Shown here: in pieces, positions 9,048-17,887 of the stretch
How positions within the stretch are numbered: position 1 is the first letter of the stretch
How the letters are laid out: every line of letters begins with the position of its first letter
NCBI GenBank assembly: GCA_031409275.1
Contig: JANNXA010000046.1
Coordinates: 1-37,570, forward strand
Origin: Planctomycetota bacterium
GTDB lineage: Bacteria > Planctomycetota > B15-G4 > SIAN01
DNA: 37,570 bases
Direction: 5' to 3'
Notes under the pieces: generated by a model
Databases searched by the model: none
What the model was told of the DNA's origin: nothing
The model's input: only the letters and a program-made list of their open reading frames with translations
Program-made: the position numbers and the translations under genes

Positions 9048-10775
9048 TCACGGCGCTTCCTCGATCCGGTGGTAGCGGCCCGTTTGCAGTTCCTTCACGA
9101 TTTCCCGGCCGCCGCTCGGCCAGCGGAGTTCGACGGTCACGGGACCGGCGTCCTCGCCAAGCCCAACCAGGACGCGGCGATCGTGCGAACAGAGGTAGCT
9201 CTCGCCGCAGCGGACCGATCGACGCAGCGTCTTTCCGGCCGTCTGGATGAGCACTTCCGCGCCGAGCGGGTCGCGCGGCGAACGCTTGCCCACCAGCTCG
9301 AGGCCGATCCAGGAGCGGACGTTTCCCCGTTCGTTCCTCAGCAGATGGGCGGCCTCGCCGTTGTTGGTGAACAGCAAGTCGAGGTCGCCGTCGTCGTCGT
9401 AGTCGGCGGCGGCGAGTCCGCGCCCGACGTGCCGCTCGCCGAAGTAGCCGCCCGCGGCTTCGACGCTCGCCAAGGTGAAGCGGCCGCGGCCGTCGTTCCA
9501 GTACAGGTGGGCCGGCTGGCGGTAGGTGATGCCCGGCAGCAGCTTCTCGGCGTTGTCGAGCACGTGGCCGTTGGCGATCGCGACGTCGAGGTCGGTGTCG
9601 CCATCGAAGTCGGCGAAGAGCGTCCCGAAGCCGACCCATGGCAGCGAGGGGCCGCCCAATCCGCTCGCGTAGCTGCGATCGCGATAGTGCTCGCCGTCGC
9701 GCAGCCAGAGCGTGTTGTACTCGTTGCTCAAGTTGCAGGTGAAGAGGTCGAGGTCGAGGTCGCCGTCGACGTCGGCGAATGCGGCGCCCATGCACGATTG
9801 CGTGCGCCCCTCGCCGTTGAAGTCGACGCCAAGCTGCGATGCGACGTCGGTGAAGCGCAGCGCCCCATCGTTGCGCCACAGGAAGTTCACGTCGGAGTCG
9901 TTCGCGACGAAGAGGTCGAGGTCGCCGTCATCGTCGAAGTCGCCGACCGCGACGCCGAGTCCCTTGCCTTTCTTGCCCGCCATTCCGGCCGTCGCCGACA
10001 CGTCGGTGAAGGTGCCGTCGCCATCGTTGCGGAACAGGGTGTCGTCGATCCCGGCGTAGATGTCGGGATGGCAGTAGCTCGCGTAGTCAGGCCCGCGCGC
10101 GAGCTCGCCGCACGTCTTGCCGTCGCCGACGCGGAAGTCGACGTAACCGACCACGTAGAGGTCGAGGTCGCCGTCCCCGTCGAAGTCGGCCCACGCGCAC
10201 GAGCTGTGGTAGCGGTCGCCATCGGCGACCCGCGCGATCTCGGTGACGTCGGTGAGACGGCCGCCGTCGTTGCGCCAAAGCACGTTCTTGCCGTAGTTGG
10301 TCACGTAGAGGTCGGTGTCGCCGTCGTTGTCGTAGTCGGCTGGCGCCGCCGCCATGCCATGGGCCGACTCGGCGCGCAGCGCCGCGGGCGTCGCGTCGAC
10401 GAAGCGCCCGCCCTCGTTGCGCAGCAGCGTGTCGTGCAGCGGCCGCGTCGGCGTGAAGCCGGGCAGCGCCGCGCCTTGCACCAGGAAGAGGTCGAGGTGC
10501 CCGTCGCCGTCGAAGTCGAGCCACGCCGCTCCGGAGCCGTTGGTCTCGACGAACCAACGCTTGCCGCTCGCGCCGTTCTCGTGGACGAAGTCGAGCCCCG
10601 ACTCCACGGTGACGTCGCGGAAGCAGGCGGTCACCGTTGCGGAAGCGGCGTCTCGCGGCGGTGCGCCGGCCGGTGCCGAGCGATCGGCAGGTTCGTCGCC
10701 GCAGCGAGCCAGCAGCGCCAACACCGGCAGCAGTCGCGCCAGCGGCCACGTCGAGCGCGAAACGTGGCACCTCAT
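9048..10775 (-). CDS. CRTAC1/ASPIC-UnbV family FG-GAP repeat protein, copy 2 (575 aa)
   Basis: Signal/lipobox-like LLPVLALLARC; FG-GAP DxDGDGDLDL repeats; SYCHPD motif shared with copy 1; C-terminal RDPLGAEV...GLG...RWPSG. ATGA overlap at 10772-10775. Confidence 0.9.
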   Translation of the reverse strand: MRCHVSRSTWPLARLLPVLALLARCGDEPADRSAPAGAPPRDAASATVTACFRDVTVESGLDFVHENGASGKRWFVETNGSGAAWLDFDGDGHLDLFLVQGAALPGFTPTRPLHDTLLRNEGGRFVDATPAALRAESAHGMAAAPADYDNDGDTDLYVTNYGKNVLWRNDGGRLTDVTEIARVADGDRYHSSCAWADFDGDGDLDLYVVGYVDFRVGDGKTCGELARGPDYASYCHPDIYAGIDDTLFRNDGDGTFTDVSATAGMAGKKGKGLGVAVGDFDDDGDLDLFVANDSDVNFLWRNDGALRFTDVASQLGVDFNGEGRTQSCMGAAFADVDGDLDLDLFTCNLSNEYNTLWLRDGEHYRDRSYASGLGGPSLPWVGFGTLFADFDGDTDLDVAIANGHVLDNAEKLLPGITYRQPAHLYWNDGRGRFTLASVEAAGGYFGERHVGRGLAAADYDDDGDLDLLFTNNGEAAHLLRNERGNVRSWIGLELVGKRSPRDPLGAEVLIQTAGKTLRRSVRCGESYLCSHDRRVLVGLGEDAGPVTVELRWPSGGREIVKELQTGRYHRIEEAP

Positions 10776-11764
10776 GGCGGGAACCCCTCGGCGGCCAGCT
10801 TCGCCAGCTCGGCACGCAGCTCGGGCGCGATCGCCTTCGCCTGGCGCAGCAACGCTTCGAGGTCGCGGCGCGCGAGCGCATCGCTCGACGCCTTGCGCAG
10901 CAGATCGATCAGCAGCAGCCACGCCTCGCGCGGCGCGTTCGGCTCGAGGACCAGCGCCTTCATCCGCGTCAGCGCGAGCTCCGTGCGACCGAAGCCGAGC
11001 TGCATCTGCGTCAGCTTCAACCGCCCCTCGAACCAGTGGGGCAGCAGCGTCTCGAGCTGTTCGAGCGCCGAGAGCTTCTGCAGCACCGACTCGCGGGTCG
11101 AGGCGGTGTTGTCGCTGGTGTCGTTCAGCAGCGCGTGGAGGCGCGACGCCTGCTCCGCCTCGACCGTGCGCCCGGCGCGTCGCAGCAGCTGCGCGCGCAG
11201 GAAGTGGCCTTCCAGCAGTCCCGGCCGCTCGCGCAGCGCGCGCTCGACCCAGTCGAGCGCCTTGGTGTCGTCGCCCGACTCCGACCACGCATTCGCGGTG
11301 CGGAACATCGCGTAGGCGTAGTGCGGCGACAGTTCGAGGGCGCGCGCGTAGAGCGGCGGCGCTTCGGTGAAGCGTCCCTCGCGTTCGAGCATCCAGCCGC
11401 GCAACACCCACGCCTCGGCGGTCCACTCCGGGTGTTCCTTGGCGGGCCGTGCGAAGTAGGCATCGAGGGCAACGCGGCAGGAGGCCGCCGCTTCGGAACG
11501 GAACGCGGCGCGCGCCAACAAGAACGCGGCTTCGGCGTCGTCCGGCGCGTTGCCGAACGTCGCGATGAGGAGCGCCATCGCCTCCGGCGGATCGGCCTTG
11601 GCATGGACCGCCACGAGGTCGCGCGCGCGGGCGATCGCCTCCGCCGCGACTTCCGCGGCAGGGTGGAGCGTCACCGTTGGCGGACCGCCCTGTGGCGCTC
11701 CGGGCGGCGCCGGCGGATCGCAGGCACACGGCAGCAGGAGCGCGAGGAGGATCGATGGACGCAT
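10772..11764 (-). CDS. TPR-repeat lipoprotein, copy 2 (330 aa)
   Basis: MRPSILLALLLPCAC lipoprotein signal; TPR helices (AWVLRGWMLE, RALELSPHYAYAMFRTA, GHFLRAQLLRRAGR). TACGCT hexamer 9 nt upstream of the ATG. Confidence 0.85.
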   Translation of the reverse strand: MRPSILLALLLPCACDPPAPPGAPQGGPPTVTLHPAAEVAAEAIARARDLVAVHAKADPPEAMALLIATFGNAPDDAEAAFLLARAAFRSEAAASCRVALDAYFARPAKEHPEWTAEAWVLRGWMLEREGRFTEAPPLYARALELSPHYAYAMFRTANAWSESGDDTKALDWVERALRERPGLLEGHFLRAQLLRRAGRTVEAEQASRLHALLNDTSDNTASTRESVLQKLSALEQLETLLPHWFEGRLKLTQMQLGFGRTELALTRMKALVLEPNAPREAWLLLIDLLRKASSDALARRDLEALLRQAKAIAPELRAELAKLAAEGFPP

Positions 11765-11863
11765 GGAGGTGTCAGCGTAGCGCCGTGATCCGACGCTTCG
11801 ACGGGACGCTGCGCCGCGTCCCCGTTGCAGCTCGCCGCTTCGCTCGCCACGATGCTCGCCCTC

Positions 11864-12589
11864 ATGCGACGACCCCACACGCTCCTCTTGTTCGATCTCG
11901 ATGGCACGTTGGTCTCGAGTTCCGGCACCGGTCGGCGCGCGCTCGATCACGCGTTCGGGCAGCTGCACGGCCGCGCCGACGCCTGCGCCGGCTTCAGCCT
12001 CGCCGGCCTCACCGATCGCGCCATCGCGCGCCGCGGACTCGAAGCGATCGGCAAGCCGGCGGACGATGCGGCCATCAAGGCGCTGCTCGACGCCTACCTC
12101 GCGCGGCTCGACCACGAACTCGAACGCGCCAGCGGCTACCGCGTCCTCGAGGGCGTGGTGGCGGCGCTGAGGAAGGCTGCGCAGTGCGAGGGGATCGTCG
12201 TGGGCCTCGGCACCGGCAACCTGCGCGCTGGTGCCAAGCGCAAGCTCGATCGCGTGGCGCTCTGGAACCATTTCGCCTTCGGCGGCTTCGCGGACGACCA
12301 CGAGCAGCGACCGGAGCTGATCCGGATCGCCGCCGAGCGCGGCGCCGAACTCGTGCGCTCGCCGGTGCGTTCGTGCCGTGTCATCGTCATCGGCGACACC
12401 ACGCTCGACATCGCCGCCGCGCGCGCCAACGGCTTCGACGCCTTCGCCGTGGCCACCGGCCCGGTCGCACGCGCCGAGCTCGAAGCGGCCAAGCCTGACG
12501 CGTTGGCCGATTCGCTCGCCGATTCGGGTGCGCTCGACTGGCTGCTGGCGGCGCGCGACGGCCGCCCGCCGCGGCGGCTGCGCCCGTGA
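11864..12589 (+). CDS. HAD-superfamily hydrolase (~241 aa)
   Basis: LLFDLDGTL, GLGTGN, FAFGGFADD and VIGDTTLDI motifs. Alternative ATG at 11852. Confidence 0.9.
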   Translation: MRRPHTLLLFDLDGTLVSSSGTGRRALDHAFGQLHGRADACAGFSLAGLTDRAIARRGLEAIGKPADDAAIKALLDAYLARLDHELERASGYRVLEGVVAALRKAAQCEGIVVGLGTGNLRAGAKRKLDRVALWNHFAFGGFADDHEQRPELIRIAAERGAELVRSPVRSCRVIVIGDTTLDIAAARANGFDAFAVATGPVARAELEAAKPDALADSLADSGALDWLLAARDGRPPRRLRP

Positions 12590-13980
12590 ATCGGCTCCGC
12601 GCGGCGGCGCGCGCGCTGCGCGCCGCCTTCGTGGGCGAGGCGCGCGACTACACCAGCGGACCGATCGCGCCGGCGCTGCTGCTGCTGGCGGTGCCGATGG
12701 TGGTCGAGATGTCGATGGAGTCGCTCTTCGCGCTCGTCGACATCTTCTGGGTCGCGAAGCTCGGCCGCGACGCCACCGCCGTCGTCGGCACCACCGAGTC
12801 GCTGCTGTCGATCCTCTACGCGTTGGCGATGGGGGTCTCGATGGCGGCTGCGGCGACGGTGGCGCGCCGCATCGGCGAGAAGGAGCGCGACGCCGCTGCG
12901 ACCGCCGCCGTGCAAGGAGTGGCGCTGGCGCTGCTGATCGCGTTGCCGGTCGGGCTGCTCGGTGGCTGGTTCGCGCCCGAGCTGCTCGCCGCCATGGGCA
13001 CACCCGACTCGACGATCGCGAGTTCGGGCGGCTACGCGCGCGTGATGTTCGGCGGCAACGCGACCATCCTGCTGCTCTTCGTGATGAACGCGATCTTCCG
13101 CGGCGCCGGCGACGCCGCGATCGCGATGCGCGTGCTGCTGCTGGCCAACGGCATCAACCTGGTGCTCGACCCGTGCCTCATCTTCGGGTGGGGGCCATTC
13201 CCGCGTCTGGGCATCGAAGGGGCTGCGATCGCCACCAACATCGGCCGCGGCGTCGGCGTGCTCTACCAGCTGGCGATGCTGCGTCGCGTCGGCGGGCAGT
13301 TCCGGGTCGAGCGGCGCCATCTGCGGCTGCAGCCCGCGGTGCTGGGCGCGATGACGCGCTTCTCGTTGACCGGAGTCGTGCAGTCGCTGGTGCAGACGTC
13401 GAGCTGGGTCGGGCTCGTGCGCGTGCTGGCCAGCTTCGGCGAGGCCGCGGTCGCCGGTTACACCATCGGCATCCGCGTGGTGATCTTCGGGCTGCTGCCG
13501 TCGTGGGGGATGGCGAGCGCCGCAGCGACCATGGTGGGGCAGAGCCTGGGCGCCAAGGACCCGCAGCGCGCCGAGCGGTCGGTGTGGATGGCGGGTCGCT
13601 GGAACCTCGCGTTCCTCGGCGTGGTCGGGCTTGGCTTCATCTTCGGCGCGGAGTGGATCGTGCGCTTCTTCAGCGACGACCCTTCGGTCGCGGCGCACGC
13701 CATCGACTGCCTGCGCACCATCAGCTACGGCTTCGTCTTCTTCGCGTTCGGCATGGTGCTGGGGCAGTCGTTCAACGGCGCCGGCGATCCGTGGACGCCG
13801 ACCTGGATCAACCTCGTCTGCTTCTGGCTCTTCGAGATCCCGCTGGCCTGGTTCCTGGCCCGCCACACCGCGCTGGGGGCGGCCGGCGTCTTCTGGGCGA
13901 TCTTCGCCGCGTTCTCGCTCTTCACCGTCGTCGCCGGGCTGCTGTTCCGTCGCGGGAAGTGGAAGGTCAAGGTCGTCTGA
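12586..13980 (+). CDS. MATE family efflux transporter (464 aa)
   Basis: About 12 hydrophobic segments; LLLLAVPMVVEMSMESLFALVD, IFRGAGD, NLVLDPCLIFG, GIEGAAIAT, FNGAGD. GTGA overlap with the HAD stop. Confidence 0.92.
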   Translation: MNRLRAAARALRAAFVGEARDYTSGPIAPALLLLAVPMVVEMSMESLFALVDIFWVAKLGRDATAVVGTTESLLSILYALAMGVSMAAAATVARRIGEKERDAAATAAVQGVALALLIALPVGLLGGWFAPELLAAMGTPDSTIASSGGYARVMFGGNATILLLFVMNAIFRGAGDAAIAMRVLLLANGINLVLDPCLIFGWGPFPRLGIEGAAIATNIGRGVGVLYQLAMLRRVGGQFRVERRHLRLQPAVLGAMTRFSLTGVVQSLVQTSSWVGLVRVLASFGEAAVAGYTIGIRVVIFGLLPSWGMASAAATMVGQSLGAKDPQRAERSVWMAGRWNLAFLGVVGLGFIFGAEWIVRFFSDDPSVAAHAIDCLRTISYGFVFFAFGMVLGQSFNGAGDPWTPTWINLVCFWLFEIPLAWFLARHTALGAAGVFWAIFAAFSLFTVVAGLLFRRGKWKVKVV

Positions 13981-14076
13981 GAGTGACGGCGCAAGAGTCC
14001 GAGAAAGTTGGTCGCCGGGTGAAGCAGGTGGGCGCTCGGCGGCAATAGAGCCTCGTACGCACTCGCGGAGGCCCGC

Positions 14077-17000
14077 TTGCCAGACGACCGGCCAGATCCA
14101 GCGACTTGGGAGCAGCTGCTCGCCCATGGCGAGTTCCTGCGTCGCCTCGCACGCAGCCTGGTCCGCGATCCGTCGTTGGCCGACGATGTGGTGCAGGCGA
14201 CGTGGCTCGCCGCCGTCGTCGATCGGCCCTACGGCGGCAAGGCGCTGGGCGGGTGGCTGCGGCGCGTGGCCGGCCACGTCGTCCATCAGTGGCATCGCAC
14301 CGACGAGCGACGACTGCGTCGCGAACGGGTGGCGGCCGCGCCCGAAGAGGACCCTGCGGCATTGGCCGCGGCGGTCGCGCAGTTCGAGTTGCAGCAGCGC
14401 GTCGTCGCGGCGGTGGCGGCGCTCCACGAGAAGTACCGCGCGGTCATCACGCTGCACTTCCTGAACGGCCTGCCGTTGACGGAGGTCGCGCAAACGCTGG
14501 GGCTGCCGCCGGCCACGGTCCGCACTCAGCTCGGTCGCGCGCTCGAGCAACTGCGCATTCACCTCGATGCCGCTCATGGCGGCGATCGCGAGACGTGGCG
14601 CCACGGGCTGGTGCTGCTCGCCGGCGCGGGTGGCACCACGGTGGCGGGCGCGGCGCTGGCGCTGGTGGCGACGTTGCTGCTGATGATTGGGGGCGTCTGG
14701 TGGTCGATGCGGGGGGTCGACCACGATTCCCCGGAGGCGCACTCCGCTTCCGCGACGGAATTGGCGGACGCGCTGCCGGATGACGTGAGGGAGTTCACGG
14801 AACGAAGGTTGGCGACGGCGGACGTGCCGGCGCAGATGCGGAGTGTCGTCACTGGACGCGTGGTCGACTCGCTCGGACGCCCGATCGAAGGGGCGCGCGT
14901 CGAGCTGTTCGACTGGTGGTGCGATCCAGAGACCGCGACCACTCCGCTCTGCGCGGCGACGACCGACCACGCCGGCCACTACGGCTTCGACGACGTGCCG
15001 GGGGGATCCCTCCGACGCGTCGTGACGAAGTCGGGCTACGTCGCGACGAACGACGGGCTTGCCTTGGACGCTGCGCACCGGACGGAACGCGGCACGACGA
15101 CCTTCCTGCTCCCTGCCCGAGAGCTCGAAGGCGTCGTGCGCGCACCGTCCGGTGCCGTGGTGCCGTTGGCGTGGGTGGTCGTTCGCTCCGACCGGGGCGG
15201 TGACGTCGACGAAATCGCGACGCGCACGGATGCGCAGGGGGCGTTCCGGCTGAGCGGCGTGCCGCTCGCCCCCGTTGAGATCGAGGTCACGGCGCCGGGC
15301 TACCTGCCGCGGCGCTACGGACCGCTCGAAGGCCAAGTACGTGCCTGCGAGGTGGTGCTGCAGCCGGTGGCGCGCGCCTCGCTCGAACTCGCGTTGCGCG
15401 GCGCAGCGACCTGGATCGAGGTTTCGCCCAAGGAGCCCGCGTCCGGTCCACTGGCAGCGCCGTCGGCTCACTTCAGGCTGCCGCGGGCGGCGCGCCGCTT
15501 TCGAGTTCCCGAGAACGGCACCGTCGTCCTCGATGAACTCCCCGCCGGCACCTACACGACCTCCCTTCTGGATTGCAACGGAGCGCGCCGCAGCGACGGT
15601 CCGCCGCTCGAACTGAAATGGGGAGCGCGGACGAAGTTGGAGGTCGTCGCCGCAGCCGAGGCTCCGACCTTGCGCGGGCGCCTCGTCGATGTCGATGGCG
15701 TTGCCCTGGCCGGTCGGCGATTGCACGTGGCCGCGGCGAGGTGGGGTGGCGCGGCGCAGGCAACGACGGCCGCGGACGGCACTTTCGAAGTCGTCGCTCC
15801 CGTGTTGGCTGGGGCGAAACTGCAGGTGAGCCTGGTCGATTCCGACTTCGCTCTCGTCGCGCCGCGCGCCGGAACGCAGGCCGGTCCGCTCCTCGAGTCG
15901 ATCGCCGATCCGGCCGTCCCGCTCGAGTGGATCGCGGCACCGGCCGCGTCGCTGTCGGGCCGCGTTCTCTTCGACGATGGAACACCGGCCGCGGGCGTGG
16001 AGATCGTGGTCGAACCGTACGCGGTCGAGCGCAGCGCGGCCGACGGCGTCGCCGCCTCGTCGCCGCTGGCCGCAACGACGAGCGACTTCGATGGCACCTT
16101 CGAGCTGCTCGGACTGGCGCCGTGCGCCGAGTCGGTCGGGTTGCGCGTCTCGGCACCGTCGGCGCAGCAGCCGTCGACTCCGCCCGATCGCTACGTGCTT
16201 GAAGCCGGTCGCGCCATCGCCGGCGTCACGCTGGTGCTGCCACGGCGAGCCGAGGTGCGTGGCCGCGTGGTCGATCGCGCGGGCGTGCCGTTGGCCGGGA
16301 TGGCGGTCGAGTGCTTCGAGGGCAAGCGTCCGCGGGGGACATGGAGCGACGCGCACGGCGAGTTCCGCTTTGGTGACCTCGACGCGGGGACGACTCGCTT
16401 GCTCGCCGGGACCTCGATGTCCGCGCTCTCCTGGGTGCTACTCCCGTGGCTCGTAACTGGCGAGCCGCAGCATCCGTCGGGCAGCGACAGCGTCGTCGAA
16501 CTGGCCGCCGGCGAGGTGCGTGGCGACGTCGAACTGCGCGTCGGGCTCGAGCCTGACGCGGCGTTCGTGCGCGGCCGTGTCTCCCTGGCATCACGTTGGC
16601 TCGCGCAGTCGTTGGCGCAGCCGGAGGTGGAAGTGGGCGGTCGGTCGCGACGACTCCCGCTCGGAACGATCGAGGCGCCGCTCTTCGACGAGCCGTTGGC
16701 GTCCCCGACGGACTCGATTCACGCGCGCAGCGTCACGCTCGACGCGGATGGCTCGACGATCGTGGTCTCCTGCAGCGTGCTGCGCGAAGTGGGAGATGGC
16801 TGGGCGCTCCTTGACCTCGAACTGCCGGAGCCGGCGGCGACGCGCATGCGCGCCCGCGTGGTCACCGCGACGGGGCAGCCTTGCGGGTGGCCGATGGCCT
16901 GGTGGATCGAGCCGGCGGGAGGCGGAGCGCACGGACCGTTGCTGGCGAGCGGCACGAACGAATCACCCGAAGGAACGGTGGCGTGGCGTGGCCTCGCACC

Positions 17001-17721
17001 GGGCGCCTATCGCCTCGGCTTCGGTGCCGATCGAGAGGCGCCGCGCGCGGCACGAGAGTTCACCCTGTCCGCGGGCGACGACCTCGACTTCGGCGACGTC
17101 GCGCTGGCCGCGACCGGCACGGTGCGCGGCACCGTCGTCGATGCGAACGGCGCTCCGATCCCCGGCAGCTGGGTCGGCTCATCGATGCTGAATCAATCCC
17201 TCTTCCTTGGCTTGGGTCGCCGACGTAGCGGTGAGGCTCTTGGAGCGGAGGTGCCGATCGTCGAAGTCGCGGCCGATGGCCACTTTGCGATCGACGATGA
17301 TGAGAATCTCGTGCCCACGGCGGTGGCGCCTGGATTCGCGCCGCGTAACTTCGATCGGGCGATCGAGCGCGAGGTGACCGTGGTGCTGCTGCCGGCCGGA
17401 GACATCGCGCTGACCGGTGTTCCGGTCGCGCGCGGCGGCGAGGCCGGCTGGCGTCTGCAGGTCACGTCGCTCGAGTCGGAGGCGGCTCGCTTCGGCTATC
17501 CCCGCACGACGGGGGTGATGACGTCGAGCCGGTTCGATCTGCTGCGCGGCCTCTTCGAGCTGCCCATCGGCGTCTATTCGGTGGCGCTGTGGCGTGGCGA
17601 GGCCAACACCGTGCGCGGCAACGAGGCTGCGCCCATCGTCGCCAACGGAGTCGACTCCTTCTCGTGGACCGTCGAGGTCCGCACCGGCGAGACGACCACG
17701 ATCGTCTTCGAATCGCCATGA
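14077..17721 (+). CDS. ECF sigma-70 factor fused to a TM helix and multiple carboxypeptidase-regulatory-like (Ig/transthyretin-like) repeats, copy 1 (1214 aa)
   Basis: GGAGG RBS (14067-14071) before TTG; region 2 ADDVVQATWLAA; region 4 KYRAVITLHFLNGLPLTEVAQTLGLPPATVRTQLGRALEQLR; TM ALALVATLLLMIGGVWW; repeated GRVVD..G.P..GA.V...TD..G.F units. Confidence 0.88.
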   Translation: MPDDRPDPATWEQLLAHGEFLRRLARSLVRDPSLADDVVQATWLAAVVDRPYGGKALGGWLRRVAGHVVHQWHRTDERRLRRERVAAAPEEDPAALAAAVAQFELQQRVVAAVAALHEKYRAVITLHFLNGLPLTEVAQTLGLPPATVRTQLGRALEQLRIHLDAAHGGDRETWRHGLVLLAGAGGTTVAGAALALVATLLLMIGGVWWSMRGVDHDSPEAHSASATELADALPDDVREFTERRLATADVPAQMRSVVTGRVVDSLGRPIEGARVELFDWWCDPETATTPLCAATTDHAGHYGFDDVPGGSLRRVVTKSGYVATNDGLALDAAHRTERGTTTFLLPARELEGVVRAPSGAVVPLAWVVVRSDRGGDVDEIATRTDAQGAFRLSGVPLAPVEIEVTAPGYLPRRYGPLEGQVRACEVVLQPVARASLELALRGAATWIEVSPKEPASGPLAAPSAHFRLPRAARRFRVPENGTVVLDELPAGTYTTSLLDCNGARRSDGPPLELKWGARTKLEVVAAAEAPTLRGRLVDVDGVALAGRRLHVAAARWGGAAQATTAADGTFEVVAPVLAGAKLQVSLVDSDFALVAPRAGTQAGPLLESIADPAVPLEWIAAPAASLSGRVLFDDGTPAAGVEIVVEPYAVERSAADGVAASSPLAATTSDFDGTFELLGLAPCAESVGLRVSAPSAQQPSTPPDRYVLEAGRAIAGVTLVLPRRAEVRGRVVDRAGVPLAGMAVECFEGKRPRGTWSDAHGEFRFGDLDAGTTRLLAGTSMSALSWVLLPWLVTGEPQHPSGSDSVVELAAGEVRGDVELRVGLEPDAAFVRGRVSLASRWLAQSLAQPEVEVGGRSRRLPLGTIEAPLFDEPLASPTDSIHARSVTLDADGSTIVVSCSVLREVGDGWALLDLELPEPAATRMRARVVTATGQPCGWPMAWWIEPAGGGAHGPLLASGTNESPEGTVAWRGLAPGAYRLGFGADREAPRAAREFTLSAGDDLDFGDVALAATGTVRGTVVDANGAPIPGSWVGSSMLNQSLFLGLGRRRSGEALGAEVPIVEVAADGHFAIDDDENLVPTAVAPGFAPRNFDRAIEREVTVVLLPAGDIALTGVPVARGGEAGWRLQVTSLESEAARFGYPRTTGVMTSSRFDLLRGLFELPIGVYSVALWRGEANTVRGNEAAPIVANGVDSFSWTVEVRTGETTTIVFESP

Positions 17722-17766
17722 ACGGGAGCGGCGCGCCCCACGCGGGACGCGCCGCATTCACCGTTC
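17720..17766 (+). other. intergenic stem-loop between the two ECF genes
   Basis: GAACGG/CCGTTC outer stem and GCGGCGCG/CGCGCCGC inner stem immediately after the stop; no U-tract. Confidence 0.35.
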
Positions 17767-17887
17767 GACCGGTCGCTCGAGCGCGAGCTCGATCACTTCG
17801 CCACCACGCTCCAGGCGCGCCGCGCCGCGTCGTGAGCAGGATCGAGAGGCGGCGGCATCTCGTGGCTGGACCATGCTGGAGCCCACG

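Noticed and set aside
5933..10775. ASPIC/UnbV genes as a sign of an enediyne biosynthetic cluster
   Set aside because: No PKS, thioesterase or other enediyne cassette genes are in the window, and the domain is widespread outside such clusters.
7639..13003. ORF-track N-terminal extensions suggesting larger fusions (7639-9879, 9048-11729, 10772-13003)
   Set aside because: The extensions overlap neighbouring real genes; signal peptides and stop/start overlaps define the shorter starts.
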